From Octopus vulgaris (Eukaryota): DNA of 64,000 bases. Numbering within the stretch: the stretch's first letter is position 1; each line of letters opens with the position of its first letter. A program made the translations under genes and the position numbers. The notes below the pieces were generated by a model, which worked only from the letters and a program-made list of their open reading frames with translations, was not told the DNA's origin and did not search any database. This document shows, piece by piece, positions 26,254 to 39,693 of the stretch. The stretch spans positions 50,468,001 through 50,532,000 of the forward strand of contig OX597829.1 in assembly GCA_951406725.2 (NCBI GenBank), in the 5' to 3' direction.

Positions 26254-26795
26254 GCCCTGAAGCAGTACCAGGCAGTGGCTCTCATGGCTTCTGATCTTAA
26301 CTGATTGGAAGTGTCATCATGTACATTGTTTTGTGTTGGTATAAAAGATGGGCTACAGAAAATATTCTGCTCAATACCATAAATTAGCTTATCAGTTGTT
26401 TGACCATAACCAGTTAAGCATGTCCTTTGGTGGCTGATGATATGTGCATCTCTGATCACGAGCAGAAGTAGTGGGGGAACATCATAGACATGTGTTGAGA
26501 GGAATTCTTTGGGGGTTTGAATAATTCACCTGTGGAAATGTGAGTGTTTTGTTCAACATCCTTAAACAACCCTTATTCAGGAACCTTTTGAGCAGGATGG
26601 GCTACTCGACCTGAAGAAAATTCTAACTGGGTTCCGCTTGATATGTGATCACCATGTCGCACACACATGGATGTGATGAACGTACCTTGTGTACCCTTAT
26701 CAGACAGGTAGCCATGCTGGGTATACTGGGCTTCGTATATTTTACCTCAATGTCACTTTGATGGCATGCACTGCTCTCTCACTCAATTATAATAA
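26253..26795 (+). mobile_element. Unclassified ~540-bp interspersed repeat embedded in (AAT)n; copies at 28620-28780, 51342-51880, 62225-62700
   Basis: Shared GCAGTACCAGGCAGTGGCTCTCATGGC...CTCTCTCACTCAATAAT sequence. Confidence 0.8.
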
Positions 26796-26919
26796 TACTT
26801 TCTTTTATTGGCCACAAGGGCTGAACACAAAAAAATCGGGAAAATACAATACAAGAAACAAGTGGGATGTAGAACAATGCTGTGTATACAATAAGTAACA
26901 AAAAAGAAAACAAATAACA

Positions 26920-27540
26920 AAATATTTAAACAATAAAAATTCCCCAAAAGTAAGGGGTTTCCTCACAGGGGCAACTGCAGAACCCCACACAACCTGGTTA
27001 TCTCGGTCACTAGGTGCACCTCAGCAGGCACATTTCTCCTTAATTCCTCCGGTTTACAAATGAAAGTTCAGAGCAGGCCCATTCACACAGGCCATCCTCA
27101 CAACATACACCCACCTTTCAACAAATTTAATAGGGAGACAAATTTCCTTCACCCTCATATTCCTTTTCAAGTGCAACTTGAAAAAGTCAATGAGGGCTTG
27201 GCTGAAGAGGAAAGTATCTGTCTTCAGTCCTTTCAATCTTATCCACCACACTACCTCCTTCACCATAGCCACCAGACAGAGGAAAACTGCCTTTCCCTTC
27301 CGGCAAAAAGAAGACAGTGGGGCAATCTTCACGATGGATCCAGTTGATTACCGGATCCATCTTACACATGACAACAGCTGTCTGACAAAGATCCACAAGT
27401 CAGTAATGCACAGCCACTGGATGAGTGTGTGCAGGACAGTTTCATTGTCCTGCGCACACCTCAGACAAGTCCAGCTGACATTACTTCCATGTCTGTAGAG
27501 CTTGTTTCAAACTGGCAGAGCTCTCTGGTAGCACCGCTAG
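26920..27540 (-). mobile_element. L1/Tx1-like LINE 3' remnant
   Basis: RCYQRALPV*NKLYRHGSNVSWTCLRCAQDNETVLHTLIQW: zinc knuckle C-x2-C...ET..H of the L1-clade ORF2 C-terminus. Confidence 0.7.
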
Positions 27541-27627
27541 GCCAGGTAGGAAAACAAACCACCACCGGCACTAGAAAATGACTACATCTCACTCCTTTGG
27601 AACGTCATCGTTCAAAATGGCAGCAAG

Positions 27628-28256
27628 ACAGATGCAAATATGCCAGGCATTATATTGAAGGACTTCAGACAAAAATTATGCCTCCTCATCAATATGACTG
27701 CTCCAATTGCCATAAATGTATCTGTCAAAACCTACAAAAAACTGAGCAAGTATAAAGATCTTAAAGGATAGAAATTGGCAAAATGGGAATCCTCAAAACT
27801 AAAATAACACCTGTTGTCATAGGTGCCCGAGTAATGATAGGAAAAGGGGCTGATCATTATCTAGCTCAGATACCAGGAAATCCAAAAATGTAAGAAATTC
27901 AAAAAGTGGTGCTAATGGGAACTGTCCATATCCTACATAAAATATCATTTATGTAATCCCCAAAATATTTTAATCCATAAACAGTATCAAAATACTTTTA
28001 AATGTACATAACGACAAATACCTTTTACTGTCATCTTAACATCAGACTATCATCTTACAAACAAATTACTTTTAAAACAAACTCATAATTTTCTTATGTT
28101 TTCTTAAGCATTCTCTACAACAATACTCTGTGCAAAACCAAAGATTTGGCACCCTAGTCATAACACTAACTCGAACTTCTAATATGTTGTCTCGTGAGGT
28201 CTCTGGGTGGGACTTGCAGTCAACTTGCACAAATACAAAGCAAAACTCAAACATAC

Positions 28257-28258
<2 letters not shown>
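27628..28258 (+). mobile_element. R4/Dong-like LINE 3' remnant (restriction-like endonuclease plus 3' UTR) ending in (AAT)n
   Basis: ANMPGIILKDFRQKLCLLINMTAP...KTYKKLSKYKDL...PVVIGA...EIQKVVLMGT, the PD..D/K..KY REL pattern. Confidence 0.8.
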
Positions 28259-28303
<45 letters not shown>

Positions 28304-28541
28304 CAGTAACAATAATAACAAAAATAATAATAATAATGATAACAACAACAACAACAACAATAATAATAATGATAATAATTTTTTTCTTTATTGCCCACAA
28401 GGGGATAAACATAGAGGGGACAAACAAGGTCAGACAAAGGGATTAAGTCAATAACAACGATCCTAGTGCGTAACTGGTACTTAATTTAATCAACCCTGAA
28501 AGGATGAAAGGCAGAGTTAACCTCGGTGGAATTTGAACTCA

Positions 28542-28587
<46 letters not shown>

Positions 28588-29032
28588 GAAGAAGAAGAAG
28601 AAGAAGAAGAACATTCTGTTTATCTTGATATAAAATCCCCATGTTATGCACATAGGGTTATGATGCATGTGCCTGATGTACCCTTATTAGATGGGTAGTC
28701 ATAATGGTTATATTGGGCTTCATATATTTGTACCCTAGTATCGCATTGATGGCATGTGCTGCTCTGTCACTCAATAATAAGACAGGATGGTCGCAACTGG
28801 AATGTCTTTCATTACATATTTGGTCAATCAGAGTTAACCTAATACAGCCACTCCTAACATAGGCGTAGGAGTGGCTATGTGGTAAGTAGCTTGTTTACCA
28901 ACCACATGGTTCCGGGTTCAGTCCCACTGCATGGCACCTTGGGCAAGTGTCTTCTACTATAGCCTCGGGCCGACCAAAGCCTTGTGAGTGGATTTGGTAG
29001 ACGGAAACTGAAAGAAGCCCGTCGTATATACG

Positions 29033-29088
<56 letters not shown>

Positions 29089-30101
29089 TGTGTGTGTGTT
29101 TGTGTGTCTGTGTTTGTTCCCCTAGCATTGCTTGACAACCGATGCTGGTGTGATTATGTCCCCGTTACTTAGCAGTTCAGCAAAAGAGACCGATAGAATA
29201 AGTACTGGGCTTACAAAAGAGTAAGTCCCGGGGTCGAGTTGCTCGACTAAAGGCGGTGCTCCAGCATGGCCACAGTCAAATGACTGAAACAAGTTAAAGA
29301 AAGATAGAGAGATAATGCGAAGCAACAATATTTATGGCTGATGTTAAACATGAAAAATCAAATAGAATGAAATAAATAACTAAAAACAAACACAAAGATA
29401 ACAAAACTGACCTTTAAATTTCCCAAGTGTTTTCGCCTGAGTAGTAAACAAACAATTTTTCAGTTTTCTCAAGATTTAAATAAAACTTTTTATAATCCAA
29501 TGAGTATGAATCCACTTAAGATGACATCCAGACATGTTTCCAGGAAAAATCTTGCTTGTGTGATGCACTTGGTATCTAAATAATAGCGTGTAGCTTAAAC
29601 TAAGTTTTTTTTTTTTTTGTGTGTGTGTTGGCTGCTGTTGAGAGCTTGGGTGTTCCCGGGGCCCCGAACTGCCAGTTTCCTCCACAAAACCAGGATAACT
29701 ATAACCTGTCTGAGAAATGTGCCCCCGCAAGGTGGAGCGGCTGTCGCAGAGAGCGTTGCTGGTCATTCTCCATGGCAACGTTTTTGCAATCATGTCCACA
29801 GAGCGCAACTGAATACACCATTTTTACTCCTCCCCACTCCATATTCTGCTGATTAATTCCCCCTAACCGACCCCACCCTGCTTTTTTCTTTTTGTCTTTT
29901 TCTTGGTTGCCTTTGTGTGCTCGTTATAGGTTTTCTTTTTCTCGATAATTTAATCTGTTTTGCCTTTAATGTTTTCTTCGTTCTTTTCTTCCTGTAAAAA
30001 TATGTCGTTAATAAAATGTAATTAAAAAGGAAACGAAGTTATTACACAAGCCATCACCATACTACAGGGAAGTATCATCGTGGTCACAGTTCAATAGTTA
30101 C

Positions 30102-30103
<2 letters not shown>

Positions 30104-30132
<29 letters not shown>

Positions 30133-30737
30133 GTTTAACGGCCGTCCTCCATGCTAGCATGGGTTGGACGGTTCGACCGGGGATCTGGGAAGCCAGAAGG
30201 TTGCACCAGGCTCCAGTCTTATCTGGCAATGTTTCTACAGCTGGATGCCCTTCTTAACGCCAACCACTCCGTGAGTGTAGTGGGTGCTTTTTACGTGCCA
30301 CCCGCACAGGTGCCAGGCGAGGCTGGCAACGGCCACGGTCGGATTGGTGCATTTTAAGTGCCACCAGCACAGAAGCCAGTCGAAGCGGCACTGGCATCGG
30401 CCACAATTTGGATGGTGCTTTTTATGTGCCACCGGCACGGAAGCCAGTCGAGGCGGCGCTGGCATCGGCCAAGATTCGGATAGTGCTTTTTACGTACCAC
30501 CAGTTCAGGGGTCCTGGCATCTGCCAGGTGCCAGCCATAGGATTGATTCAATTTCGATTCCGATTTCGATTTTCACTTGCCCCAACAGGTCTTCGCAAGC
30601 AAAGGGGGGTTGGCATGGGTGCCTGTCGTCGGATGAGGTTCAATATCGACTTCGCTTGCCTCAACAGGTCTTTGTGTGTCCAAGGGAGGAAAGGCATGCA
30701 TAAGTGGGCTGGACTCACTTGTCCTGCCTGGTCTTCT
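30104..30737 (-). mobile_element. Family C retroposon with (GAT)n tail (RTE-type 3' end); other copies at 2135-2382, 5385-5641, 11295-11521, 58915-59169 (+) and 22390-23105, 32288-32586, 39008-39548 (-)
   Basis: (CAT)n-CGTTTAACG..CCATGCTAGCATGGGTTGG..GGATGCCCTTCCTAACGCCAACC with internal GGTGCTTTTTACGTGCCACC repeats. Confidence 0.85.
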
Positions 30738-30837
30738 CACGTACAGCATATTTCCAGAAGACCAGGCTGGACAAGTGAGTCCAGCCCACTTATGCATGCC
30801 TTTCCTCCCTTGGACACACAAAGACCTGTTGAGGCAA
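30656..30837. repeat. Near-perfect hairpin: 82-bp stem (1 mismatch), 18-nt loop
   Basis: 30656-30737 is the reverse complement of 30756-30837 except for one T:T mismatch. Confidence 0.97.
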
Positions 30838-30981
30838 TCTAATTATTATTTCATAGACATGACTGTGTGGTAAGAATCTTGCTTCCCAACCATGTCAACT
30901 TGGGTGAGTATCTTCCACTATAGTACCAAGCTGATCAAAGCCTTGTGAGTAGATTTATTAGACAGAAACTGAAAGAAGCCC

Positions 30982-31023
<42 letters not shown>

Positions 31024-33193
31024 TATATATATATGTGTGTGTGTGTATATATATATATATTTATAAATTTTCTTTTATTCTTTTACATGTTTCAGTCATT
31101 TGGCTGTAGCCATGCTGGAGCACCGCCTTAAAGGGTTTTAGTCAAAGAAATCGATCCCAGGACTTATTCTTTGTAAGCCTAGTACTTATTCTATTGGGTC
31201 TCTTTGCCAAACTACTTAGTGGCGGGGGACAAACGCAGACACAAACATAGACACATAAATACATATGCATCTATATAAAGCAAATATGTAACAAGATTGT
31301 CCAGGTATCAGTGCATTACAGCTATTTCAAGGCCATTCAAGAATTTGGATCTGGAGATCTCCATTTCCAGCGACTTCAAAGACCACCTCCCAGTGGTATC
31401 AGGCGAGCTGGCAGAAACGTTAGCATGCTGGGCGAAATGCGTAGCCGTATTTCGTCTGCCATTAGGTGTTCTGAGTTCAAATTCCGCCGAGGTCGACTTT
31501 GCCTTTCATCCTTTCGGGGTCGATAAATTAAGTACCAGTTACGCACTGGGGTAGATGTGATCGATTTAATCCCTTTGTGTGTCCTTGTTTGTCCCCTCTA
31601 TGTTTAGCCCCTTGTGGGTAGTAAAGAAATATATATTATAATACATTATAATATAACAAGATATTTCAAAGCCCCTTGTGGGTAGTAAAGAAATAGGTAT
31701 CAGGTTTCAACGAAGAGCTCTTGACTACAACAAGATGACCAAAGTTTTTTTTTCCAAGGTCTGGGGTCTCCTGCCCCTAAGCCCTAGACCATCACCTAAT
31801 CACCCTTACCCGTCTTGTTGCTTAACAACAACAGCCATTTCAAGTGGTTCCATTTAATCGATCAGTGCAAATATATCAATTTGAAATAAACCTCTCTCCT
31901 CGGACACATAAGACCGTATAGATTTCCAACATACAGGATACTCCATTATAATTTTTTTAGCAAATTTTTCATCAGAACTAGAGAATAAAAGAATTACATG
32001 CTTATTGCTATTATTGTAGCAGAATTAATTTAGGGAAAAATACCTAAATCCTTCTATAATTTAGAGCTGCAGAAGAAAATAATGGGGGTCAAGAAAGAGG
32101 AATGGTGATATGGCTACATTCATCTTTATCTTTCTCACATTCAAAAGACCCAATGCAGCAAGTAGTCTACACCCCCTTAGAATCAAAACCATTGGGAATT
32201 GACAGTTAAGTTCTTGTTGTTGGTGATAAATTAATTAATGTCAGATTCTCTTCACTACTCCTATTTTACTGTGACCATAAAATCAGCCATCATCATCATC
32301 ATTTAGCGTCCGTTCTCCATGCTAGCATGGGTTGGATGGTTCAACTGGGGTCTGTGAAGCCAAAAGGCTGCATCAGGCCCAGTCTGATCTGGCAGGGTTT
32401 CAATGGCTGGATGCCCTTCCTAATGCCAACCACTCCGCGAGTGTAGTGGGTGCTTTTTACGTGCCAGCCGCACAGGAGCCAGACGGAGCTGGCAAACGGC
32501 CACGAACGGAAGGTGCTTTTACGTGCCACCGGCACGGGGGCCAGGCGAGACTGGCAATGGCCATGAACGGATGGTGCTTTTTACGTATCTACATATCTAC
32601 ATAAAAGAATATGTCTTAGAAGATGCTAGCAACATAATAATATATAGATACGGGGTGATAACCAGAAAGAGGAAGGGAAAGGGTAACTTAACTTATTATG
32701 ATTATCAACTAAAAGGGGCCGAAAATGGAAAAGAAAGGGGGTCACAATGAGATCTAAGTGTGGAAATTAGAAGTACAGGGGTAGGTGGGATGTGCATCCA
32801 AACTTAGCAAAATTTATATATTAAGATATATTAAATATTAAAAGATTTAAGGACCATGTAAGAGAAAAGGGATAGATAAATTAACCTAAGCCATAAAAGT
32901 GGGGGCTTTTATATAAAATAGAAACCTCATAATGTTTCTTCCTAGCATAATGTTAAGGTGGTCATGATAAAACTATTCAACCCATAATTAAATTCAGATA
33001 TCATCCGAGTAGGGGTATACATTTTCTATTGAATCAAGACCAAAGATTAAGGGCCTAAAAAATAAGATAAACATTTCTATAACATTTCTATAACCTATTT
33101 AAAAACCATGGAAAAATATATTTATTTAAAAATTACCGACATTATGAAAAAATCTGAAAGGGAATAAGAAGGTATGAAAATATACATAAAAAT

Positions 33194-33242
<49 letters not shown>

Positions 33243-33247
<5 letters not shown>

Positions 33248-33653
33248 GTAAAGTATAGAAGCCATCTTATCATGGCTAACCACATTGGGGAGGGGTGTTA
33301 CTGTAGCTTTATAGCCCCAAGAGATCTTCGTCTCTAGCTGGCTTTAGACACAATATCTGTGTCCTTGGAGTATTTGCAAAGGGAGGCCATCCCATCCTCG
33401 CAAGCCTGAGTGATACGCTCGAACTAGTTTCGGGATTGTTGTCCCTCGTCAACGGGCGGTAACCACCAGGTAGCGATGAAAGAGAAGGCTCCTTTGCAAA
33501 TAGATATAAGTTTTTCTAATGGCGTCTGCCACTGGGGCTATAAAGCTACAGTAACACCCCCTCCCCAATGTGGTTAGCCATGATAAGATGGCTTCTATAC
33601 TTTACATTATCGAGCGATTACTGTTTCAATCTCATTCTGAGATTTAATAACGC
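33243..33653. mobile_element. Fold-back element with ~76-bp near-perfect inverted repeats, inserted in (TA)n
   Basis: 33243-33319 is the reverse complement of 33533-33610 (one G indel); inner IR TATTTGCAAAGG / CCTTTGCAAATA; (TA)n on both flanks. Confidence 0.9.
33416..33458 (-). ncRNA. Minimal type I hammerhead ribozyme-like motif (C3U variant)
   Basis: CGCCCG-TTGACGA-GGGA/CAACAA/TCCC-GAAA-CTAG-TT-CGAGCG: stem I 5 of 6 pairs, perfect stem II, palindromic ACTAGT stem III, GUU cleavage triplet. Confidence 0.7.
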
Positions 33654-35149
33654 TATATATATATATAGGTGCAATTATAAATATAAATACCATATTGTAT
33701 TATATCATAACATGATTACTATAGAGAAAAGTTACAAACCCCTTCACAATCTATAGAAATTACACCAGTATATATATGAGGGTATATAGATATCCAAAAT
33801 ACAATTATATAATATAAGATAAAAGAATAGATAAAATAAAATAAAATAAAAATGAATAAAAGGAAAAAAATATTTGTATAAAATTTCAATAAAGTATTTA
33901 TAGAATGTAAAAATAGAAATAACGATAAAAATTTTACATTTTGAATGCCATAAAATATATACTGGATATAAAAAGAGATGAAAGATAAAAAAATAAGGAT
34001 AAGTCATGGTATTCATAATAAAAGCTAATTAAAAAATAAATAAAATACGATGAAAATACCATTGGTATTGGTTTTATAAAATATTTCCAGATATGTGTAG
34101 AATCATAGCAGTTCTTGGGGGATATATAATATACTTAAGGGAGTCATGGGCTCTGGTAATCAATTGTAAATATACCTATTACGACTGATAGGGAAGAAAG
34201 TCTTAGAACCGAAGGGGAAATTGTGTAATCTAAGCATAGAGGGAATGCAGATTAAACAGGTAGGGGTTATAAAAGGGCAGAAAGGTTAGCACGTCGGGCT
34301 AAATGCTTAGCAGTATTTCAGCTGTCGTTACGTTCCAAGTTCAAATTCCGCCGATGTCAACTTTGCCTTTCATCCTTTTGGGGTCGATAAATTAAGTACC
34401 ACTTACGCACTGGGGTCGATGTAACCAACTTAAGCCCTTTGTCTGTCCTTGTTTGTCCCCTCTATGTTTAGCCCCCTGTGGGCAATAAAGAAATAAATAT
34501 TATGTATAATTCTATACAATAGAGGGTATGTTAGGAAAAACATGGCACCCCAGATAATTTCCTATTTCTTTACTGCCCACAAGAGGAGACTAACAAGGAT
34601 AGACAAATGGATTAAGTCAATTATATCGACCCCAGTGCGTAACTGTTACTTATTTAATTGACCTTGAAAGGATGAAAGGCAAAGTCGACCTCAGCGGAAT
34701 TTGAACTCAGAATGTAGTGGCAGACGAAATACCTATTTCTTTACTACCCACAAGGGGCTACACACAGAGGGGACTAACAAGGACAGACAAATGGATTCAG
34801 TTGATTATATCAACTCCAGTGCGTAACTGGTACTTATTTAATCGACCCTGAAAGGATGAAAGGCAAAGTTGACCTCGGCAGAATTTGAACTCAGAACGTA
34901 GTGGCAGATGAAATACAGCTTAGCATTTCGCCCGGCATGCTAACGTTTCTGCCAACTCACCGCCTTATAATTTCTGCCACTAAATCATTGTATGATATGT
35001 ATAATATTATTTGTTTCTAAAATATTTGAAGGTAACTTCGAGCCATGAAGACAATATCAGACTGACTTGGTGCCTCAACTTAAGTACCTAATTCAACTGA
35101 ATCATAATTCTTTATATATATATAACTTAGATTGGTCCAGGCTATGTCT

Positions 35150-35705
35150 AACTTAATAGCACTACTTAATAGGATTATCTAAATCCTTTTTAAGTCAAGT
35201 TTTGTTTATGGTCCATTCATGTAGTGAGTTCTTGTTGAGTGAGTTGTATCCAGGTATGGGTGGCTTATCTGGTATTCCTTGAAGGAATTTGTCCAGGCTC
35301 CTTTTAAAGGCAATGGGATCCTTTTCCTTTTTGATCTGTTTTGGGACAATGTTAAATAGGGCAGGGCCTGTTGAGGAAAAGAAATTGTGTCACAGTGTAC
35401 CTATATGTTGTGATCCTGAATTGGGCAGGGACGTATGGCCCATTGTCCCAGCATTAGATGAACCTTGAAGCTAATGTTCAGGTCATTTGGGCAATGTTGG
35501 TAGTATATTCTCCACATCATGCAAATGATGGACCGCTCACGGCAGCACTGGAGAGAGTAGAGTTTCAAGGCTTTAAGGCAGTCCCAGTAATCGAGACCAG
35601 TCATGCTCTTAATTTGTTTAGTGAATGCTCTCTGGGATGATTCAATTTGTAAGATGTTTTGTTTTGTATGGGGAGACCACGGGGGTCAGCAGTATTCGAG
35701 GTGTG
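35150..35705 (-). mobile_element. CR1/L2-group LINE 3' remnant
   Basis: LEYC*PPWSPHTKQNILQIESSQRAFTKQIKSMTGLDYWDCLKALKLYSLQCCRER. Confidence 0.75.
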
Positions 35706-36076
35706 GCCATGATATATATAATATATATATATATGACAGGCTACTTTCCGTTTTCATCTACCAAATCCACTCACAAGGCTTTGGTCAACCCACGGCTACA
35801 GTAGACGACACTTGCTTGAAGTGCCATGCAGTGGAACTGAACCCTGAACAATGTGGTTGGGAAGCAAACTTCTTACCAGACACACACATATGTATACATA
35901 CATATGTGTGTTTGTATATATTTGTGTGTCTGTACTTGTGCTTGTCCCCTACCATCACTTGACAACCAGTGTTGGCTTGTTAGTGTCCCCCATAACCTAG
36001 CAGTTCTCCAAGAGGGACTGATGGAATAAGTACTGGACTGGAAGATAAATATTGGTATCGATCGTTTTGACTAAAC

Positions 36077-36573
36077 CAGTGGTTCTCATCTGGGGTCCAT
36101 ATGACCCTTGAGGGTCCATTTAAGATTTTTTGGGAGTCCATGCAACAAAATAGTGTATTAGGGATCCACAATAGTATTTTAAGGGACCCCTGAAAAGCTT
36201 TTGCTTTAGATGTATGTATTGGTATGTAGTGAAAAACAAAATAGGGGTTTTGGAAGAAGTTTCTATAAAACTAATTTTTAAACATCAAATGGCTATGGAG
36301 TCCACCAGAATAAAATAATAATCAAGGGGTCCATACATAAAAAGGGGTTTGAGAACCCCTGCTTTAGATGTATGTATTGGTAAGAAACAGATTGGTTTCT
36401 TTCTCTGTTTTCCATAGTTCAACCTATACAAGTTTATGTATGAAAAACAAAATATCAATTTTGGAAGAAGTTTCTATAAAACTAGTTTTTAAACATCAAA
36501 TAGCTATGGAGGTCCACTAGAATAAAATAGTAATCAAAGGGGTCCATAGATCAAAACTGTTTGAGAACCTCTC
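36077..36573. mobile_element. hAT (Charlie/MER5-like) MITE with duplicated 3' half, inserted in a family B SINE
   Basis: CAGTGGTTCTCA...TGAGAACCCCTG termini; two 3' ends (36361, 36573); degenerate 8-bp duplication gactaaac/agctaaac. Confidence 0.7.
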
Positions 36574-37414
36574 AGCTAAACCCTTTCTGGGCAGTGCTCC
36601 AGCATGGCCACACTCCAATGACTGAAACAAGTAAAAGGTAAAACGATGAAAGATAAAAGCCAATGAGGTGTTACAATGCAAAAATCGGTCACAAAACAAA
36701 TTTCTTATTCTTGAGGCCAAATTTAAATTTAAAATATGATCAAGTGCACATTTTCCTGACGAGGGACCAGGAGATGATGCAATTTGCTAAACTTGACGAG
36801 CTTTGTCAAACTAAGTAAAAATCTCTATCTTACACACACACACACTCACACACAGACTTGTCCTTTTAGGTAACTGTGCCACTTGAAAAGCACCTGTGCC
36901 TGTGCTGCGTGAATACACCTGAGCTAGGTGGCACGTGGAAAGTACCTGGCATACTCTGTTAAGTGGTTGGTGCTAGGAAAGGCATCCAGCCATAGAAACC
37001 ATGCCACAATAGACTGTTGGAGTTTGGACACCTCCCTGTTAGCCTGCTCCATATCAAACCTATTTCTTTACTACCCACAAGGGGCCAAACACAGAAGGGA
37101 CAAACAAGGACAGACAAACGGATTAAGTCGATTACATCGACCCCAGTGCATAACTGGTACTTAATTTATCGACCTCGAAAAGATGAAAGGCAAAGTCGAC
37201 CTCGGCGGAATTTGAACTCGGAACGTAATGACAGACGAAATACCGGTAAGCATTTCGCCCGACGTGCTAACGATTCTGCTAGCTCGCCACCTTATCAACC
37301 ATCCAACCCATGCCAGCATGGAAAGTGGACATTAAATGATGACGACGAAGGGGGAGGGGGATTATTTTTTGTTTTCTTTTAATTCTTATTTTAAAAAATT
37401 TTTCTGATTTATAG

Positions 37415-37659
37415 ACCGTGAAAACGTTTTTACCTGAGATGCAGCAGTTAGAACATGGCCACATTGTGACGATTGGATCTTGTCTTGGAATCTCAGGAAT
37501 GGATGGTGTTTCATCCTATAGCAGTTCCAAGTTTGGCGTGACTTCTTTTGCTGATTCTCTGGCAGCCATGTTAGACAGTGCTACCTACAAAGGCGTTGAA
37601 TCCACTGCCGTTTATCCCTTCCAGATTTCAAACAGTATGTTCGCTGGCTGTGAAATTAG
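37415..37659 (+). CDS. DHRS3: DHRS3-like SDR catalytic exon (phase 0/2)
   Basis: Acceptor tttctgatttatag, donor GTTTGT; 245 nt = TVKTFLPEMQQLEHGHIVTIGSCLG...YSSSKF...VYPFQISNSMFAGCEI(R); catalytic Ser and YxxxK. Confidence 0.95.
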
Positions 37660-37773
37660 GTTTGTTTTTTTTTATTATGTTTTATTGCATTTTCTTCATT
37701 TCTTTCCTTCCTGTGTGTGTGTGCATGTGTCTGCATATGTGTGTGTGTTTGTGTATGTAATTGTGCATATATA

Positions 37774-38153
37774 CACTACCGTCAGAAATTAATTAGCACC
37801 CTTGATTTACTCTTCACTCAAGGTATGTACTGTCACCTAGTGGCCATATCTCGAACTATTGCTTTGTTGCGAGTTCACTGTTGCGCAGAACGATGACGTA
37901 ACTTTGTTTGCAGAGCAGTTTGAGAGTCTGCAGCCTTATGATGTTGACATAGCAGTGCAACAACAACTTGGAGTGCGGATGCAGACAAATCTTCCTTTGT
38001 TTAATAGATATAGGTAGCGCCTCGCAAGGACCGAAATCACACCGTACTAAGTTTTCTCATCGCGTAAGACGTTTTGAACAGCTCATAGGTTAATTGATTT
38101 AACCTATTTAATGTAGAAATTTGAGAAGTGCTAATTAATTTCTGACGCAAGTG
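37774..38153. mobile_element. Tc1/mariner-type MITE, copy 2
   Basis: Same TIRs and TA flanks as 9457-9833, few substitutions. Confidence 0.9.
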
Positions 38154-38185
38154 TATGTATGGGAAGATGATTTATATATGTGTTT

Positions 38186-38231
<46 letters not shown>

Positions 38232-38310
38232 TTGCATGTGGTGAGCAGCTGTATGTGTGGAGATGATTTATGCATGTGTTTGTGAGTGTGTGTATGCATA
38301 TGTGTGGTAT

Positions 38311-38356
<46 letters not shown>

Positions 38357-38359
<3 letters not shown>

Positions 38360-38511
38360 ATGGATGGATGGATGGATGGATGGGGGTGGGTGGGTGGGTG
38401 GGTGGATGGATGGATGGATGGATAGACAGACAGACAGGCAGACAGACAGATAGACAGATAGATAGATAGATGGTGGATGGATAGATAGATAGATAGATAG
38501 ATGGGTGGATG

Positions 38512-38554
<43 letters not shown>

Positions 38555-38594
38555 GGTGGATGGATAGATAGATAGATAGATAGATGGGTGGATG

Positions 38595-38637
<43 letters not shown>

Positions 38638-38677
38638 GGTGGATGGATAGATAGATAGATAGATAGATGGGTGGATG

Positions 38678-38708
<31 letters not shown>

Positions 38709-38748
38709 GGTGGATGGATAGATAGATAGATAGATAGATGGGTGGATG

Positions 38749-38783
<35 letters not shown>

Positions 38784-38791
38784 GGTGGATG

Positions 38792-38847
<56 letters not shown>
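38357..38847. repeat. Compound (GGAT)n/(GATA)n microsatellite with higher-order periodicity
   Basis: Alternating GATGGTGGATG / GATGGGTGGATG spacers between GATA runs. Confidence 0.95.
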
Positions 38848-39693
38848 TGTATGTATTTATGTATCTGAGTGTGGGTATCTATGTGTCTGTGTGTGCATTT
38901 GCATGTAGGGATGTTGTTATGTATGTGTCCATGTATATGTATCTATCTCTATGGATGGATGGATGGACGGATGGATGGATGGCTGGATGGCTGTAAGGTA
39001 TGTATATATCATCATCACCATCATCATCATCGTTTAACATCCGTTCTCCATGCTAGCATGGGTTGGACGGTTCGACCGGGGATCTGGGAAGCCAGAAGGC
39101 TGCACCAGGCTCCAGTCTTATCTGGCAGTGTTTCTACAGCTGGATGCCCTTCCTAACGCCAACCACTCCGTGAGTGTAGTGGGTGCTTTTTACGTGCCAC
39201 CTGCACAGGTGCCAGGCGAGGCTGGCAACGGCCACGGTCGGATTGGTGTATTTTATGTGCCACCGGCACGGAAGCCAGACGAGGCGGTGCTGGCATCGGC
39301 CACGAGTCGGATGGTGCTTTTTACGTACCACCAGACCAGGGATCCTGGCTGGTTCAATTCGATTTCGATTTCGCTTGCCCCAACATGTCTTCGTAAGCAA
39401 GGGGGTTGGCATGGGTGCCTGTTGTACGGTCAGATTGGTGTATTTTACGTGCCACCGGCACGGAAGCCAGTGGAGGCGGCGCTGGCATCAGCCACAAGTC
39501 GGATAGTGCTTTTTACGTACCACCAGACCAGGGAACCTGGCTGGTTCAATAAGTTTGCGTAGTTTTATCTTTTGAATTGCTCATCAGCAAAGAAAGGAAT
39601 GTATGTTTTGGGACATACATACAGAGAAAGTTGTTTATTATATTCATTGGGTAATGCTTAGACATAGTTATCAACATCAAAATTATTTGAAAC

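Noticed and set aside
29620-30030. GC-rich segment as exon or ncRNA
   Set aside because: No recognisable protein or RNA motif; the T-rich end with AATAAA suggests an unclassified retroelement 3' UTR, but this cannot be supported further.
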